From Verrucomicrobiia bacterium (GTDB lineage Bacteria > Verrucomicrobiota > Verrucomicrobiia > JABWAM01), in the NCBI GenBank assembly GCA_020849895.1, contig JADZFN010000052.1, positions 5,797-69,796 on the forward strand: a stretch of DNA of 64,000 bases, in the 5' to 3' direction. A program made the position numbers and the translations under genes. Below are positions 20,280-29,104 of the stretch, in pieces; position 1 is the stretch's first letter; each line of letters opens with the position of its first letter. The notes beneath the pieces are model-generated. The model was not told where the DNA came from. It worked only from the letters and a program-made list of their open reading frames with translations, and ran no database searches.

Positions 20280-20781
20280 ACTTCTTGAGATCCTTCTGAC
20301 AAAATCTCGGAATTTTGTCGGGGGCGAGTTTGCCGTAGACATCCTCACCCACCGTGATGGCCGGCGCGAGCGCGCAGGCGCCGATGCAGCGCGCAGTGTG
20401 CAGGCTGAAGAGGCCGTCCTTGGTGGTCTGCCCCTCCTTGATGCCGAGCTGTTGCCCGAGGCGCTCAACCACGGTCGGCGCGCCGCGCACGTGGCAGGTG
20501 GTGCCGGTGCAGACCATGATCTGGTATTTCCCCCTCGGAACGATGGAGAAGAAATTGTAGAACGTGGTCACCCCGTGGACGTGCGAGGGCGACAGCTTCA
20601 TCGCGGACGCGATGTAGCGGAGCACGTCGGGCGCGAGGTAGCCGAAGGTGTGCTGCGCGGCGTGGAGGATCTGGATCAGGGCCGTCGGCTCGTGGCGGTA
20701 ATGCGCGATCGTCTGGTCGAGCTGCGCGAAGCGTTGGTCGCCGCTGGGGTGATGAGGGAGGTTGGGGGCGGTTGAATTCAT
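20272..20781 (-). CDS. hoxE: NuoE-like [2Fe-2S] subunit (HoxE/HydC-like)
   Basis: Thioredoxin-like NuoE fold with CTGTTCHVRG…CIGACALAP cysteine pattern. ATG at 20781. Confidence 0.8.
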   Translation of the reverse strand: MNSTAPNLPHHPSGDQRFAQLDQTIAHYRHEPTALIQILHAAQHTFGYLAPDVLRYIASAMKLSPSHVHGVTTFYNFFSIVPRGKYQIMVCTGTTCHVRGAPTVVERLGQQLGIKEGQTTKDGLFSLHTARCIGACALAPAITVGEDVYGKLAPDKIPRFCQKDLKKYA

Positions 20782-21101
20782 AAGAGTTCCCAGAGCTTGC
20801 CGGCGGCTTCGAAGGTGGTGAGCGGCGTGCTCAACAAGACAACCTCCTCCTCCGCGGCCTTGGCGACGACCGCCGGATCGGGTTGGCGCCCGCAGGTGAT
20901 CAATACGCCGGCAACATCTTTCATCGCCGCCACGGAGACGACGTTCCGATGGGTCTGAAGAGTCACCCAAAGCGCGCCGGGTCGGGCGTGCGCGAGGACG
21001 TCGCTGAGGAGGTCGGAGATGTAGCACCCGCGCACCTCGACCTCGGGCGAGCCTGAGATCACACGGGCGTCGAGCCGGGAAAGGGTGTCGGCGAGTTTCA
21101 T
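20778..21101 (-). CDS. DRTGG domain protein
   Basis: Small (~107 aa) protein with DRTGG-like core (VLITCGRQPD). 4-nt overlaps with flanking genes. Confidence 0.5.
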   Translation of the reverse strand: MKLADTLSRLDARVISGSPEVEVRGCYISDLLSDVLAHARPGALWVTLQTHRNVVSVAAMKDVAGVLITCGRQPDPAVVAKAAEEEVVLLSTPLTTFEAAGKLWELL

Positions 21102-22051
21102 GGCGCGCGGGCAGGCTGGAGGAGCACCTCGGCGTGCAGGCGGGTGCCGTTGGCAAGGTCGGATTTGATGTCCAGTTGATCGGTGGACCGGCGGATGTTG
21201 GGGAGACCCATGCCGGCGCCGAAGCCGAGCTTCCGCGCCAACGGACCGGCGGTGGACCAGCCTTCCCGCATGGCAAGATCGAGATCCTCGATGCCCGGCC
21301 CCTGATCCACAGCCTCGATCGTGACGCGGTCCGCGCCGACGGTGGCCGTGAGGCGGCCGCCGAGGGAATGGATGATCATGTTGGTCTCGGCCTCGTAGGC
21401 GATAATCGTGGCGCGGCGGCGAATGCTGGGCTCCACGCCCCGGGCGCGAAGGATCTGGCGGAGGCGCTGGGAAAGCTTGCCGGCGCTGTCGAAGTCTCCC
21501 GCGCGCACCTCAGCGTTAAGGATGAAACGGCGGTGGGGCTCGTCCGGAACCGCGGCGGCGGTGCGCTCGGCCTCCTTGCGCACGGCTTCCTCAGCGCGGC
21601 GTTCGAGATGGTGCATGAGGGCGCCGGTGATGTCGCCGCGGGTGATGATTCCGACGAGACGGTCGCCGACATCCAGGACAGGGAAACGCCCGAAGTCGAA
21701 GCGGTCGAACTCGGCGACGGCGCGGACGAGGGAGTAGTGGTCGCGCATGACGACCGGATGGCGGGTCATCCGCGCCTCGGCGGGATCGTTGATGTGGCCT
21801 TGGTCCAAGGCGTGGACGATGTCCTCGATGCTGACGAGGCCGAGAAGCGCGCTGTCCCGGGTGATGGGGACGCCCGAGATGCGGTGCTCCTTCATGAGGA
21901 GCTGGATGCTGCGGAGGGAATCGCGGGGGCTGGCGGTGCGAAGCCTGCAGGTCATCGCGTCGCGGACGCGGAGCTCGTAGACGAGCGCCTGAGCGAGGGA
22001 GACGCCGGCCGCGTCGCGGCGGGGCGTCAGGTTCTCGGTGCGCGGGTTCAT
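21098..22051 (-). CDS. CBS-pair + HATPase_c (anti-sigma-factor/serine-kinase-like) regulatory protein
   Basis: Two CBS modules (ISGVPIT…, GRFPVLDVGDRLVGIIT) followed by a GHKL ATPase with EAVDQGPGI and GFGAGMGL boxes. First gene of the hydrogenase operon. Confidence 0.65.
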   Translation of the reverse strand: MNPRTENLTPRRDAAGVSLAQALVYELRVRDAMTCRLRTASPRDSLRSIQLLMKEHRISGVPITRDSALLGLVSIEDIVHALDQGHINDPAEARMTRHPVVMRDHYSLVRAVAEFDRFDFGRFPVLDVGDRLVGIITRGDITGALMHHLERRAEEAVRKEAERTAAAVPDEPHRRFILNAEVRAGDFDSAGKLSQRLRQILRARGVEPSIRRRATIIAYEAETNMIIHSLGGRLTATVGADRVTIEAVDQGPGIEDLDLAMREGWSTAGPLARKLGFGAGMGLPNIRRSTDQLDIKSDLANGTRLHAEVLLQPARAP

Positions 22052-22122
22052 GGGGAGGAAAAAACAAAGGCTCGACGCACGGCGCGGGCAGCGAAGGGCT
22101 GGCGCGCGATCGGGCGTTTCAT
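22048..22122 (-). CDS. candidate 24-codon upstream ORF/leader peptide (MKRPIARQPFAARAVRRAFVFSSP)
   Basis: Strong SD (AAAAGAGGAGA) 7 nt upstream of ATG. Its TGA overlaps the ATG of the CBS-HATPase gene (ATGA), which itself lacks any SD. Confidence 0.3.
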   Translation of the reverse strand: MKRPIARQPFAARAVRRAFVFSSP

Positions 22123-22249
22123 GCGAAAGTCTCCTCTTTTAAGCTAATCATTCTTTTTTTGAAGATTAGACAATCTGAACAATGATGCAAGCATAATCCG
22201 GCGCGTCGAAAATCTCGCGCGAACGCCCCGAAAAAGACGCGGCGGACAG

Positions 22250-23038
22250 CTAGGAGCTGGCGCTGGTGTAGAAACGCAGGCCGAAGCGAAACCAGACTCG
22301 CGCGAGGGCGAGAAACGCGAGGGTGAGAAGGAAAATCCATGTCGCGCCGGACCCGATGACTCCCCGGGCGAGGACCTGGGCGGGAAAGTTCGCCACCACG
22401 AGCATTGGCAGCACCCAGGTGAAAAGGACCTTCGCCGCACCGCGAAAGGCCTCGCGCGGCATCCGCGCGATGTTGAAGAGGTTGTAGTATCCGTAGACCA
22501 ACCCTTGCGCGCGGACGATCCAGAAGGCGAGCGTGACGATCATGAGCATCAGCGCGTAGTGGAGGAAGACGCCGTTGAGGACCATGAGGGCGTAAAGCCC
22601 GAGCTGCCACGGCGCCGGACGCAACCCGAGCTTCCAGGCGGCCCAGGCGACGAACGCGACGCCGATTGCGCAGTTGACCACCGAACCGGGATCGTATTTC
22701 CGGATCGAGACGAGAAACTGCGGACTCGCCGGCTGGAGCAGGGCGAAATCCAGCTTCCCCGTCCGCACGTTCTCGGGAAACTCGATGAGGTTGACGAGAA
22801 ACGCGACTTGGAAGATCTGCTGCACGAGGTGGCTTGTCCCGACCAGCATGACCATCTCGTATTTCGTCCAGCCAGCCACCTCCGTCACGTGCGCGAAGAT
22901 CACCTCCACGAGGGCGAGTTGAAGTCCGAGCCATGCGATCTCGACGACGATCCAGAGGAGAAAGTTCGCCTTGAACATCATCTCCCGCGCCAGCGAGTAG
23001 CGGAAGAGGGCGAAGGCGAGGCGGAGGTAGCGGCGCAT
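22250..23038 (-). CDS. ABC-2 family transporter permease
   Basis: 6 TM helices with ABC-2/DUF990-like organisation. Paralogous to the next gene. Confidence 0.6.
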   Translation of the reverse strand: MRRYLRLAFALFRYSLAREMMFKANFLLWIVVEIAWLGLQLALVEVIFAHVTEVAGWTKYEMVMLVGTSHLVQQIFQVAFLVNLIEFPENVRTGKLDFALLQPASPQFLVSIRKYDPGSVVNCAIGVAFVAWAAWKLGLRPAPWQLGLYALMVLNGVFLHYALMLMIVTLAFWIVRAQGLVYGYYNLFNIARMPREAFRGAAKVLFTWVLPMLVVANFPAQVLARGVIGSGATWIFLLTLAFLALARVWFRFGLRFYTSASS

Positions 23039-23050
23039 GAGATCGCAAGG

Positions 23051-23899
23051 TCAGCCGCCGACGGCGGTGTAGCGCCGGATGCCGCGTGCCCAGACCCATC
23101 GGGCGAGGAGCCAGACGCCGAGGCACCACGCCGCTTGCATCGCGAAGCCGCGTGCGACCTCGTCGGGGGAGAAGCGCCCGAGAAAAATCCCGAGCGGGAA
23201 CCAATATTCGTAGGGAAACGGGGTGAGCATGATCAGGCGATAGGCCCAGGGCGGGAACAGATCGAGCGGGAAGACGTGTCCGCCAGCGAGAAATTCGAAC
23301 GAGTAGATGATGAAGATCGGCGCGGAAACTTCGAGCACCCAGAACGCGAGCAGCGCCGAGGTGAACGCGATGAGGAACTGGAGCGTCGCGGAGAGCAGGA
23401 CGGCGACGAGGCAGAGCCACGCCACGCCCCAGGATTCCGGCATCGTGAAGTACGCCCGCAGATACCAGATCGCGGCGAGGACCGGCACAAGCGTGGTCGC
23501 CGCGTAGATCGCGCGGTATGACCAGAAGAGGCTGAAGCGGTAGGCGAGATAGTCCACCGGCTTCATCAGGAACTGGTTGATCAGGCCGTCGCGGATCTCG
23601 GCGGCGATCTGGTAGTCGTCCTCCGTTGGCGACGCCAGCAGATCGAGCAGCATCAACCCGAGGAAATAGGAGATCATCGCATTGAAGCTGTAGCCTCCGA
23701 TTTCGCCGCCGCCGCCCTTCGCCGCCGCCCCCCAGAAGAAAAAGGCGCCCATGAGCGGGATGAAGCTGAAGCCGACGCGGAGCAGGAAGTTCCAGCGATA
23801 GACGAGCGTATTCTGGAATCCGATCGCCATGACGCGCAGGTACTTCGCGAGGCGCAGGGGCGCGGAACGGGAGAGCGACACGGGCGTATTGTGCCTCAA
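23051..23899 (-). CDS. ABC-2 family transporter permease
   Basis: 6 TM helices with ABC-2/DUF990-like organisation. No ATPase gene adjacent. Confidence 0.6.
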   Translation of the reverse strand: MRHNTPVSLSRSAPLRLAKYLRVMAIGFQNTLVYRWNFLLRVGFSFIPLMGAFFFWGAAAKGGGGEIGGYSFNAMISYFLGLMLLDLLASPTEDDYQIAAEIRDGLINQFLMKPVDYLAYRFSLFWSYRAIYAATTLVPVLAAIWYLRAYFTMPESWGVAWLCLVAVLLSATLQFLIAFTSALLAFWVLEVSAPIFIIYSFEFLAGGHVFPLDLFPPWAYRLIMLTPFPYEYWFPLGIFLGRFSPDEVARGFAMQAAWCLGVWLLARWVWARGIRRYTAVGG

Positions 23900-24087
23900 C
23901 CGCGCTCGGCGCGCAAAGCCCGGCCTGCGCGGGAAAAGGACGGCGCCTCAAGCTCGGGCGGCCGCGCAAGACCGCTCCCGGTTTCGCGGGCGGAAAAGGC
24001 GAAGGCGCCGACAGCGCCCCTGCCGCGCGACAGGCCCCGGAACTTGCTTTCCTTTCAGCTTGTCGGCGGAGGCGGCATCGGGTTCCC

Positions 24088-25425
24088 TTGACGACCATGG
24101 AATGGATCGAGCCTCGCGGCCCCCGCTGGTTCAACCTCCGCGTGCTCGCGTGGGGTTTTTACGACTGCGGGCTGACCATCTTTTCGACGCTGGTGATCAG
24201 CCGCTATTTCGGCCCATGGATTATCCAGCAGCTCGGGGGGTCCGTGTTTTCCTTCAACGTCACGCTGAGCGCCTCGATGCTCGTCAGCGGTTTTCTGCAG
24301 ATCCTCCTGGCGCCGATCAGCGACGAGCTTGGGCGGCGGCGGATTTTCGTGGTGTTCTTCACCTGCGTCTGCGCCGGTGCCTGCGCGCTGTTGCGGTGCG
24401 TCAACACTTCGCTCGTCGCGGGCCTCGCGCTCTTCGCGCTGGCCAACGTCGGCGCGCAGACTGCGTTCGTCTTCTACAACGCGATGCTCAGCGACGTTTC
24501 GGACGCACGCCACCGCGCGCGGATCTCCGGCATCGGCGTCGCCCTCGGTTATGTCGGCGCCGTGCTCGGCCTGGCCCTCTCGGAACGGGTGGTGAACGCG
24601 GCGCCGGAGGTCCATATCTACCGTCCCATCTTTCCGGTCGCCGCGCTCCTCGTCTTCGTCTTCGCGCTGCCGCTGTTCCTCTTCGTGAAGGAAAAGCCGG
24701 GCCTCGTCCGCTTCAATCTTGGGCAGAGCCTGAGGAGCAGCCTCGGCGTCTTCGTCACCACGCTCCGCCGCGTGGGCAGCCACCGCGAAATGATGCTCTT
24801 CTTCCTCGCCTGCCTGCTGTGTCTCGACGCGGTCGAGACCGTGAAGGCCAACCTCGCGCTCTACTGCCAGACGCTGGTCGGCCTCGACCCGGCGCGCGGA
24901 TTCGATTTTCCTCTCGCGTGGAAGGGGAACGTCCTCTTCCGCCTCACGCTCTCGGAGATCAACCTCTTCATCGTCGTTTCCACGGTGTTCGCCATCTTCG
25001 GCGCTCCGCTCGTCGGCCACATCTCCGACAAGACGAGCCACTATCGCGCGATGCTCTGGGTGCTCGCGCTCTGGATGGTCGCGCTCGTCCTGGCAATGTT
25101 CAGCGTCCAGCGTCGCCTCTTCTGGGTCACCGGCCCTCTCTTCGGCCTCTGTTTCGGAGGGATGTGGACGGTCATGCGCGCCCACCTGCTGGAAATCTGT
25201 CATCCGGAGGAACGCGGACAGATGTTCGCAATCTTCGGTTTTGTCGGAAGGTGCGCCGCCGTCATCGGCCCGCTCGCCTGGGGACTCACCTTCACGCAAT
25301 TCGAGCCGGTCTTCGGCGAGCGCAAGGCGTATCGGCTCGCCATCGGCGCAATCCTTCTCTTAATGGCGATCGGTTTCTGGATCATGCTGTATGCCCGACC
25401 GCGCGAGGCCCGGTGGCGGCGCTGA
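24088..25425 (+). CDS. MFS transporter
   Basis: 12 predicted TM helices with MFS-like loop motif (DELGRRRIFVV). Confidence 0.65.
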   Translation: MTTMEWIEPRGPRWFNLRVLAWGFYDCGLTIFSTLVISRYFGPWIIQQLGGSVFSFNVTLSASMLVSGFLQILLAPISDELGRRRIFVVFFTCVCAGACALLRCVNTSLVAGLALFALANVGAQTAFVFYNAMLSDVSDARHRARISGIGVALGYVGAVLGLALSERVVNAAPEVHIYRPIFPVAALLVFVFALPLFLFVKEKPGLVRFNLGQSLRSSLGVFVTTLRRVGSHREMMLFFLACLLCLDAVETVKANLALYCQTLVGLDPARGFDFPLAWKGNVLFRLTLSEINLFIVVSTVFAIFGAPLVGHISDKTSHYRAMLWVLALWMVALVLAMFSVQRRLFWVTGPLFGLCFGGMWTVMRAHLLEICHPEERGQMFAIFGFVGRCAAVIGPLAWGLTFTQFEPVFGERKAYRLAIGAILLLMAIGFWIMLYARPREARWRR

Positions 25426-25637
25426 TCCCGGGGGGGCTCCCCGGACGCCATGACGGCGTCGGACCCCCTTCCGGGTCGCGGCGTCTCCGCGAAAAACGAA
25501 GCCGCGTGGAGATGGCGCGACGCGCCCGGGTCTGCATCGGGCGCCCTTCGCCTTCCCTGCGGACGCTCGGCCGTCATTGGCCTCGGCGGTTTTGGCTTGC
25601 CGAAACGAGGTTCTCGACCTAAACGCCTTCCTGTCGC

Positions 25638-26045
25638 ATGAGCCTTTTTCGAAAACCCTCCGGTCGGGTGCTTGTGGTGGACGACGAACCGTTGATCCTC
25701 GAGATGACTTCGGTGTTTCTCAAAAACGCCGGGTTCGAAGCCGTAACGGCCGCTTCCTCCGCCGAAGCCCTCCGACGCCTTGCCGAAAAACCCGTGGACG
25801 CCGTGCTCCTCGATATCCGGATGCCGGACGAGGGCGGTTTGCAGGCCCTGCCCAAGTTTCGCGCGGCCCAGCCGGACGTCCCCGTGATCATGCTGACCGG
25901 GGTCGGCTACGAGGAGAACCTGATGCGGGAAGCCCTCGAGGCCGGCGCCAACGGTTTTGTGAGCAAGGATACCGAAATGGAAAACATCGTGCTGGCCATC
26001 AAGCGCGTGGTGAAACAAACGCACGGAGAGGGCGAAACGACATGA
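25638..26045 (+). CDS. single-domain response regulator (CheY-like receiver)
   Basis: VLVVDDEP…LLDIRMPDEGG…MLTG…FVSK receiver signature (Asp, Thr, Lys present). Its stop overlaps the purS start (ATGA). Confidence 0.75.
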   Translation: MSLFRKPSGRVLVVDDEPLILEMTSVFLKNAGFEAVTAASSAEALRRLAEKPVDAVLLDIRMPDEGGLQALPKFRAAQPDVPVIMLTGVGYEENLMREALEAGANGFVSKDTEMENIVLAIKRVVKQTHGEGETT

Positions 26046-26284
26046 AGGCGCGGGTGACCGTGATGCCAAAGAAGACTGTGCTCGATCCGCAGGGAAAGAC
26101 GGTGGCGAAGGCCATCCGCCACCTCGGCATGGAGCGCGTGACCGAAGCGCGCGTCGGAAAGGTCATCGAACTCGAGATCGAAGGCGGTGAGACGAACGAA
26201 GCGCGTCGAAAACTCGAGGAGATCTGCCGCGACCTCCTCTCCAATCCCGTGATCGAAGACTACCGTCTGGAGATCGAAAAGTGA
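26042..26284 (+). CDS. purS: phosphoribosylformylglycinamidine synthase subunit PurS
   Basis: 80-aa PurS fold (MKARVTVMPKKTVLDPQGKTVAKAIRHLG…) immediately upstream of purQ. Confidence 0.8.
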   Translation: MKARVTVMPKKTVLDPQGKTVAKAIRHLGMERVTEARVGKVIELEIEGGETNEARRKLEEICRDLLSNPVIEDYRLEIEK

Positions 26285-26340
26285 CGGACTGCCCCTTTGC
26301 CGCCCGGGCGCTCGTCGGCCCGGGGACGGGGGACTGAACC

Positions 26341-27057
26341 ATGCGTTTCGGCGTCGTCCAGTTCCCCGGTTCCAATTGCGATCAAGACTGCCTCCATGCC
26401 GCGGGCGCGGTGATGGGGCAAGACGCATTTTACCTCTGGCACAAGGAAACGAACCTCTGCGGTGCCGATTGCGTGATTGTCCCCGGTGGGTTTTCATACG
26501 GGGATTACCTGCGGGGCGGTGCGATCGCACGCTTCGCGCCGATCATGGCTTCGGTGAAGCGTTTTGCGGCCGACGGAGGGCTGGTCCTGGGTATCTGCAA
26601 CGGATTCCAGATCCTGCTCGAAGCGGGGCTCCTTCCCGGCGCGATGCTGCGCAATGCCTCGCTCCGCTTCCAGTGCCAGATGACGCGCCTGCGCGTCGAG
26701 CGCGGCGGGGAGGGGCCGTTCGCCTCCACGGCGCGCACGGGTGAAATCCTCCGCATCCCGATCGCCCACGGCGAAGGCAACTATCACGCCGACGCCGCGA
26801 CGCTCGCGGAGCTCGATCGCCATGGGCAAGTCCTCTTCCGCTACTGCGACGAACGCGGCCACACGACTCCCGAAGCAAACCCGAACGGCTCGATCGGAAA
26901 CATCGCCGGGATCACCAACCGCGCGGGCAACGTCCTCGGGATGATGCCGCATCCCGAACGCGCCGCCGAAGCCGTCCTCGGATCCCAGGACGGCCGCGTG
27001 ATTTTCGATTCCATCCTCCGATGGATCCGCTCCCGCCACATTTCCTCCGCGGCATGA
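26341..27057 (+). CDS. purQ: phosphoribosylformylglycinamidine synthase I (glutaminase subunit)
   Basis: Class I glutamine amidotransferase triad context (GICNGFQ, HPE). Confidence 0.9.
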   Translation: MRFGVVQFPGSNCDQDCLHAAGAVMGQDAFYLWHKETNLCGADCVIVPGGFSYGDYLRGGAIARFAPIMASVKRFAADGGLVLGICNGFQILLEAGLLPGAMLRNASLRFQCQMTRLRVERGGEGPFASTARTGEILRIPIAHGEGNYHADAATLAELDRHGQVLFRYCDERGHTTPEANPNGSIGNIAGITNRAGNVLGMMPHPERAAEAVLGSQDGRVIFDSILRWIRSRHISSAA

Positions 27058-27629
27058 AGGCCTGGTTCGCGGCGGTTTTCCTCGCCGCCTGCGTCCCCGG
27101 CTGGTCGGCCGGAGACGCCCTCGCCCGAAAATCCGCGGCGATCTGGGAGGAGGCTGCGCGCAAGAAGCTCGCTGAAGAGACTTCCAACGAGGGGGGAGGC
27201 GACCTGCAAATCGGGGAATCCACGCTTCACCTCACGAGCCTGAAACTCCGCCTCGGTCCGCTCAAAACCCCGGGCGATCTGCATGGCGGACAGGAAATGT
27301 CCGAGCTGGTCGGCCGGGGCAAAGGCGGGAGCCGGATCGCCATCGGCAGCGTGTCCATCACCGCGGCCACCACTCCCGAACACGTCGCGGGGCAGACCTT
27401 CGAAATCGCGCGGACCAACACCACCGAAATCGTGATGCCGGACGGCGCGAAATGGCGCTTTCAGGACGGCGGCGTCACCTTCCTCCAGACCGGCGTCTCG
27501 AACGTCCACCTGCTGATCGAAGGGCGCGCCGTTCCGCTGAACCGTCCGAAAGCCGCTCCGGTCCGCGTGAGCGGCGAGGTGCGGGCGGGCGTCGAACTCC
27601 TTCCCGCGCGCGCATCGTCCAGCCCCTGA
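27054..27629 (+). CDS. hypothetical exported protein
   Basis: Signal peptide ([20 protein letters not shown]). ATG overlaps the purQ stop (ATGA). No domains recognised. Confidence 0.4.
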   Translation: MKAWFAAVFLAACVPGWSAGDALARKSAAIWEEAARKKLAEETSNEGGGDLQIGESTLHLTSLKLRLGPLKTPGDLHGGQEMSELVGRGKGGSRIAIGSVSITAATTPEHVAGQTFEIARTNTTEIVMPDGAKWRFQDGGVTFLQTGVSNVHLLIEGRAVPLNRPKAAPVRVSGEVRAGVELLPARASSSP

Positions 27630-27652
27630 GCGCGAGGCGGTCCTGCGCCCCT

Positions 27653-28819
27653 ATGGATCCGGTCCGACGGTTTCGCGGCACCACCTTCTTTCTGGGATGC
27701 GGATTCGCCGCCAAGTATCTGCGGGGCGGCGGAAACTTTTCCGTTCCGCTCCAATGGATGCTCGGCCTGCGCCGCCTCGGACTCGACGCGATCTGGCTGG
27801 AGGCGATGTCCTCGACCGGCAACGCCTGCGAAGACGCCGCGCGCATGGAGAACTTCGAAGCCCAATTGGCGGGGCACGGGCTTTCGGGGTGTTACGCCCT
27901 CCTCCTCGGACCCCGCGGAAGCCAGGCTCAGGAGCTGGAGCGCATGGAAACGCGAGGCATGAGCCTGACGGAACTCCGCCGCCGCCTCGCGGGGCCAACC
28001 GTCCTGCTGAATCTCTGCAACTCGTTTCGCCCTCCACTCGTCGAACTTTTCGAGCGGCGGATCCTCTGCGATCTTGATCCCGCGGAAATTGCCCACTGGA
28101 TGGAGCGCATCGAGGTGGGTCAGTCGTCGCACCATGAATTCTGGACGATCGGATTGAACCGTCACGAGGCGGATTGCCGCATGCGCCCCGCGAAAGTGAA
28201 TTGGCGCACCTTTCCGCCGCTGGTGGACACCCGCCTCTACCAGCCTTTTCCCCTGCCCTCGCGCGCGCGTTTCACTACGGTCACGCAATGGTACTGGAAC
28301 CAGAGCATCGAGATAGATGGCGAATATCCCGACCTCTCAAAGAAAGCCTCCTTCGAGGCCTTCGCCGACCTGCCGTCGCGCGTTCCCGACCTCGACCTCG
28401 AACTCGCCGTGAACCTCAATCCCGGCGATCCCGAAATCGAACGCCTGCGCCGCCTCGGCTGGCGACTCGCCGTTCCCCATCGCGTGGCCGCCACGCCCTC
28501 CGCCTACCGCGATTACCTCGCCGGATCGCTTGCCGAATTCGGCTTTTGCAAACGCATCGAAAGCCTCATGCGCTCCGGATGGGTGAGCGATCGCTCGGCC
28601 GCCTACCTCGCCACAGGGCGACCGGTCGTCGCGTTAGACACGGGAGCAGCGAAACATTTTCCGTCCGACTGCGGGATCCTCTGGGTGGACAACGTCGAGG
28701 AAGCCGTCGACGCGACGCGACGGGTGGCGCACGAAGCCCCGCTTCTCGCGCGCAAAGCCCGGCAGACCGCCGAACGATTTTTTGATGCCGCCGGCGTTCT
28801 CGATCGGATGCTGACCTGA
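27653..28819 (+). CDS. hypothetical protein, weak GT-B glycosyltransferase-like C-terminus
   Basis: C-terminal GRPVVALDTGAAKHF…EEAV…ARKARQTAERFFD resembles the GT1/GT4 C-terminal half. N-terminus unrecognised. Confidence 0.35.
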   Translation: MDPVRRFRGTTFFLGCGFAAKYLRGGGNFSVPLQWMLGLRRLGLDAIWLEAMSSTGNACEDAARMENFEAQLAGHGLSGCYALLLGPRGSQAQELERMETRGMSLTELRRRLAGPTVLLNLCNSFRPPLVELFERRILCDLDPAEIAHWMERIEVGQSSHHEFWTIGLNRHEADCRMRPAKVNWRTFPPLVDTRLYQPFPLPSRARFTTVTQWYWNQSIEIDGEYPDLSKKASFEAFADLPSRVPDLDLELAVNLNPGDPEIERLRRLGWRLAVPHRVAATPSAYRDYLAGSLAEFGFCKRIESLMRSGWVSDRSAAYLATGRPVVALDTGAAKHFPSDCGILWVDNVEEAVDATRRVAHEAPLLARKARQTAERFFDAAGVLDRMLT

Positions 28820-29104
28820 ACATCAGGGAACCGCCCTGCACCGATCCGTCTCGGGGACCCCGTCGCATCCCGAGCACGCAGAAAACAAGGAGGCGTTACC
28901 CCATTTTCAGAACTCCTAGATTCAAAGCTGGCTGGGACGCACACCAAACAATCGGGATCCCAGAAGCCCCCAGAAATTGAGAGTGTCAGATTGTCGTATT
29001 TAATCAAGAAAATAAAATAAGTGTGATTTTATGTCGCAGTCTTTCGTAAAAAAAACCAACTCGCTGCGACGTTTTCCAAGCTTTTAAAGGCAATTCTGCA
29101 AGAA

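Noticed and set aside
22119-24134. 671-aa minus-strand ORF and many other long ORFs antisense to or overlapping annotated genes (e.g. 1041-2030, 12151-13722, 34924-36456, 10749-12386, 29140-30240)
   Set aside because: Arg/Pro/Ala/Gly-rich low-complexity translations typical of open alternative frames in ~65% GC DNA. Each overlaps a gene with clear family motifs on the other strand or frame.
25426-25637. ZTP (pfl) or purine riboswitch upstream of the receiver-purS-purQ operon
   Set aside because: GC-rich region with some GGGC/GCCC repeats but I could not match the conserved ZTP pseudoknot or P3 consensus. Would need an Rfam scan (RF01750, RF00167) to exclude properly.
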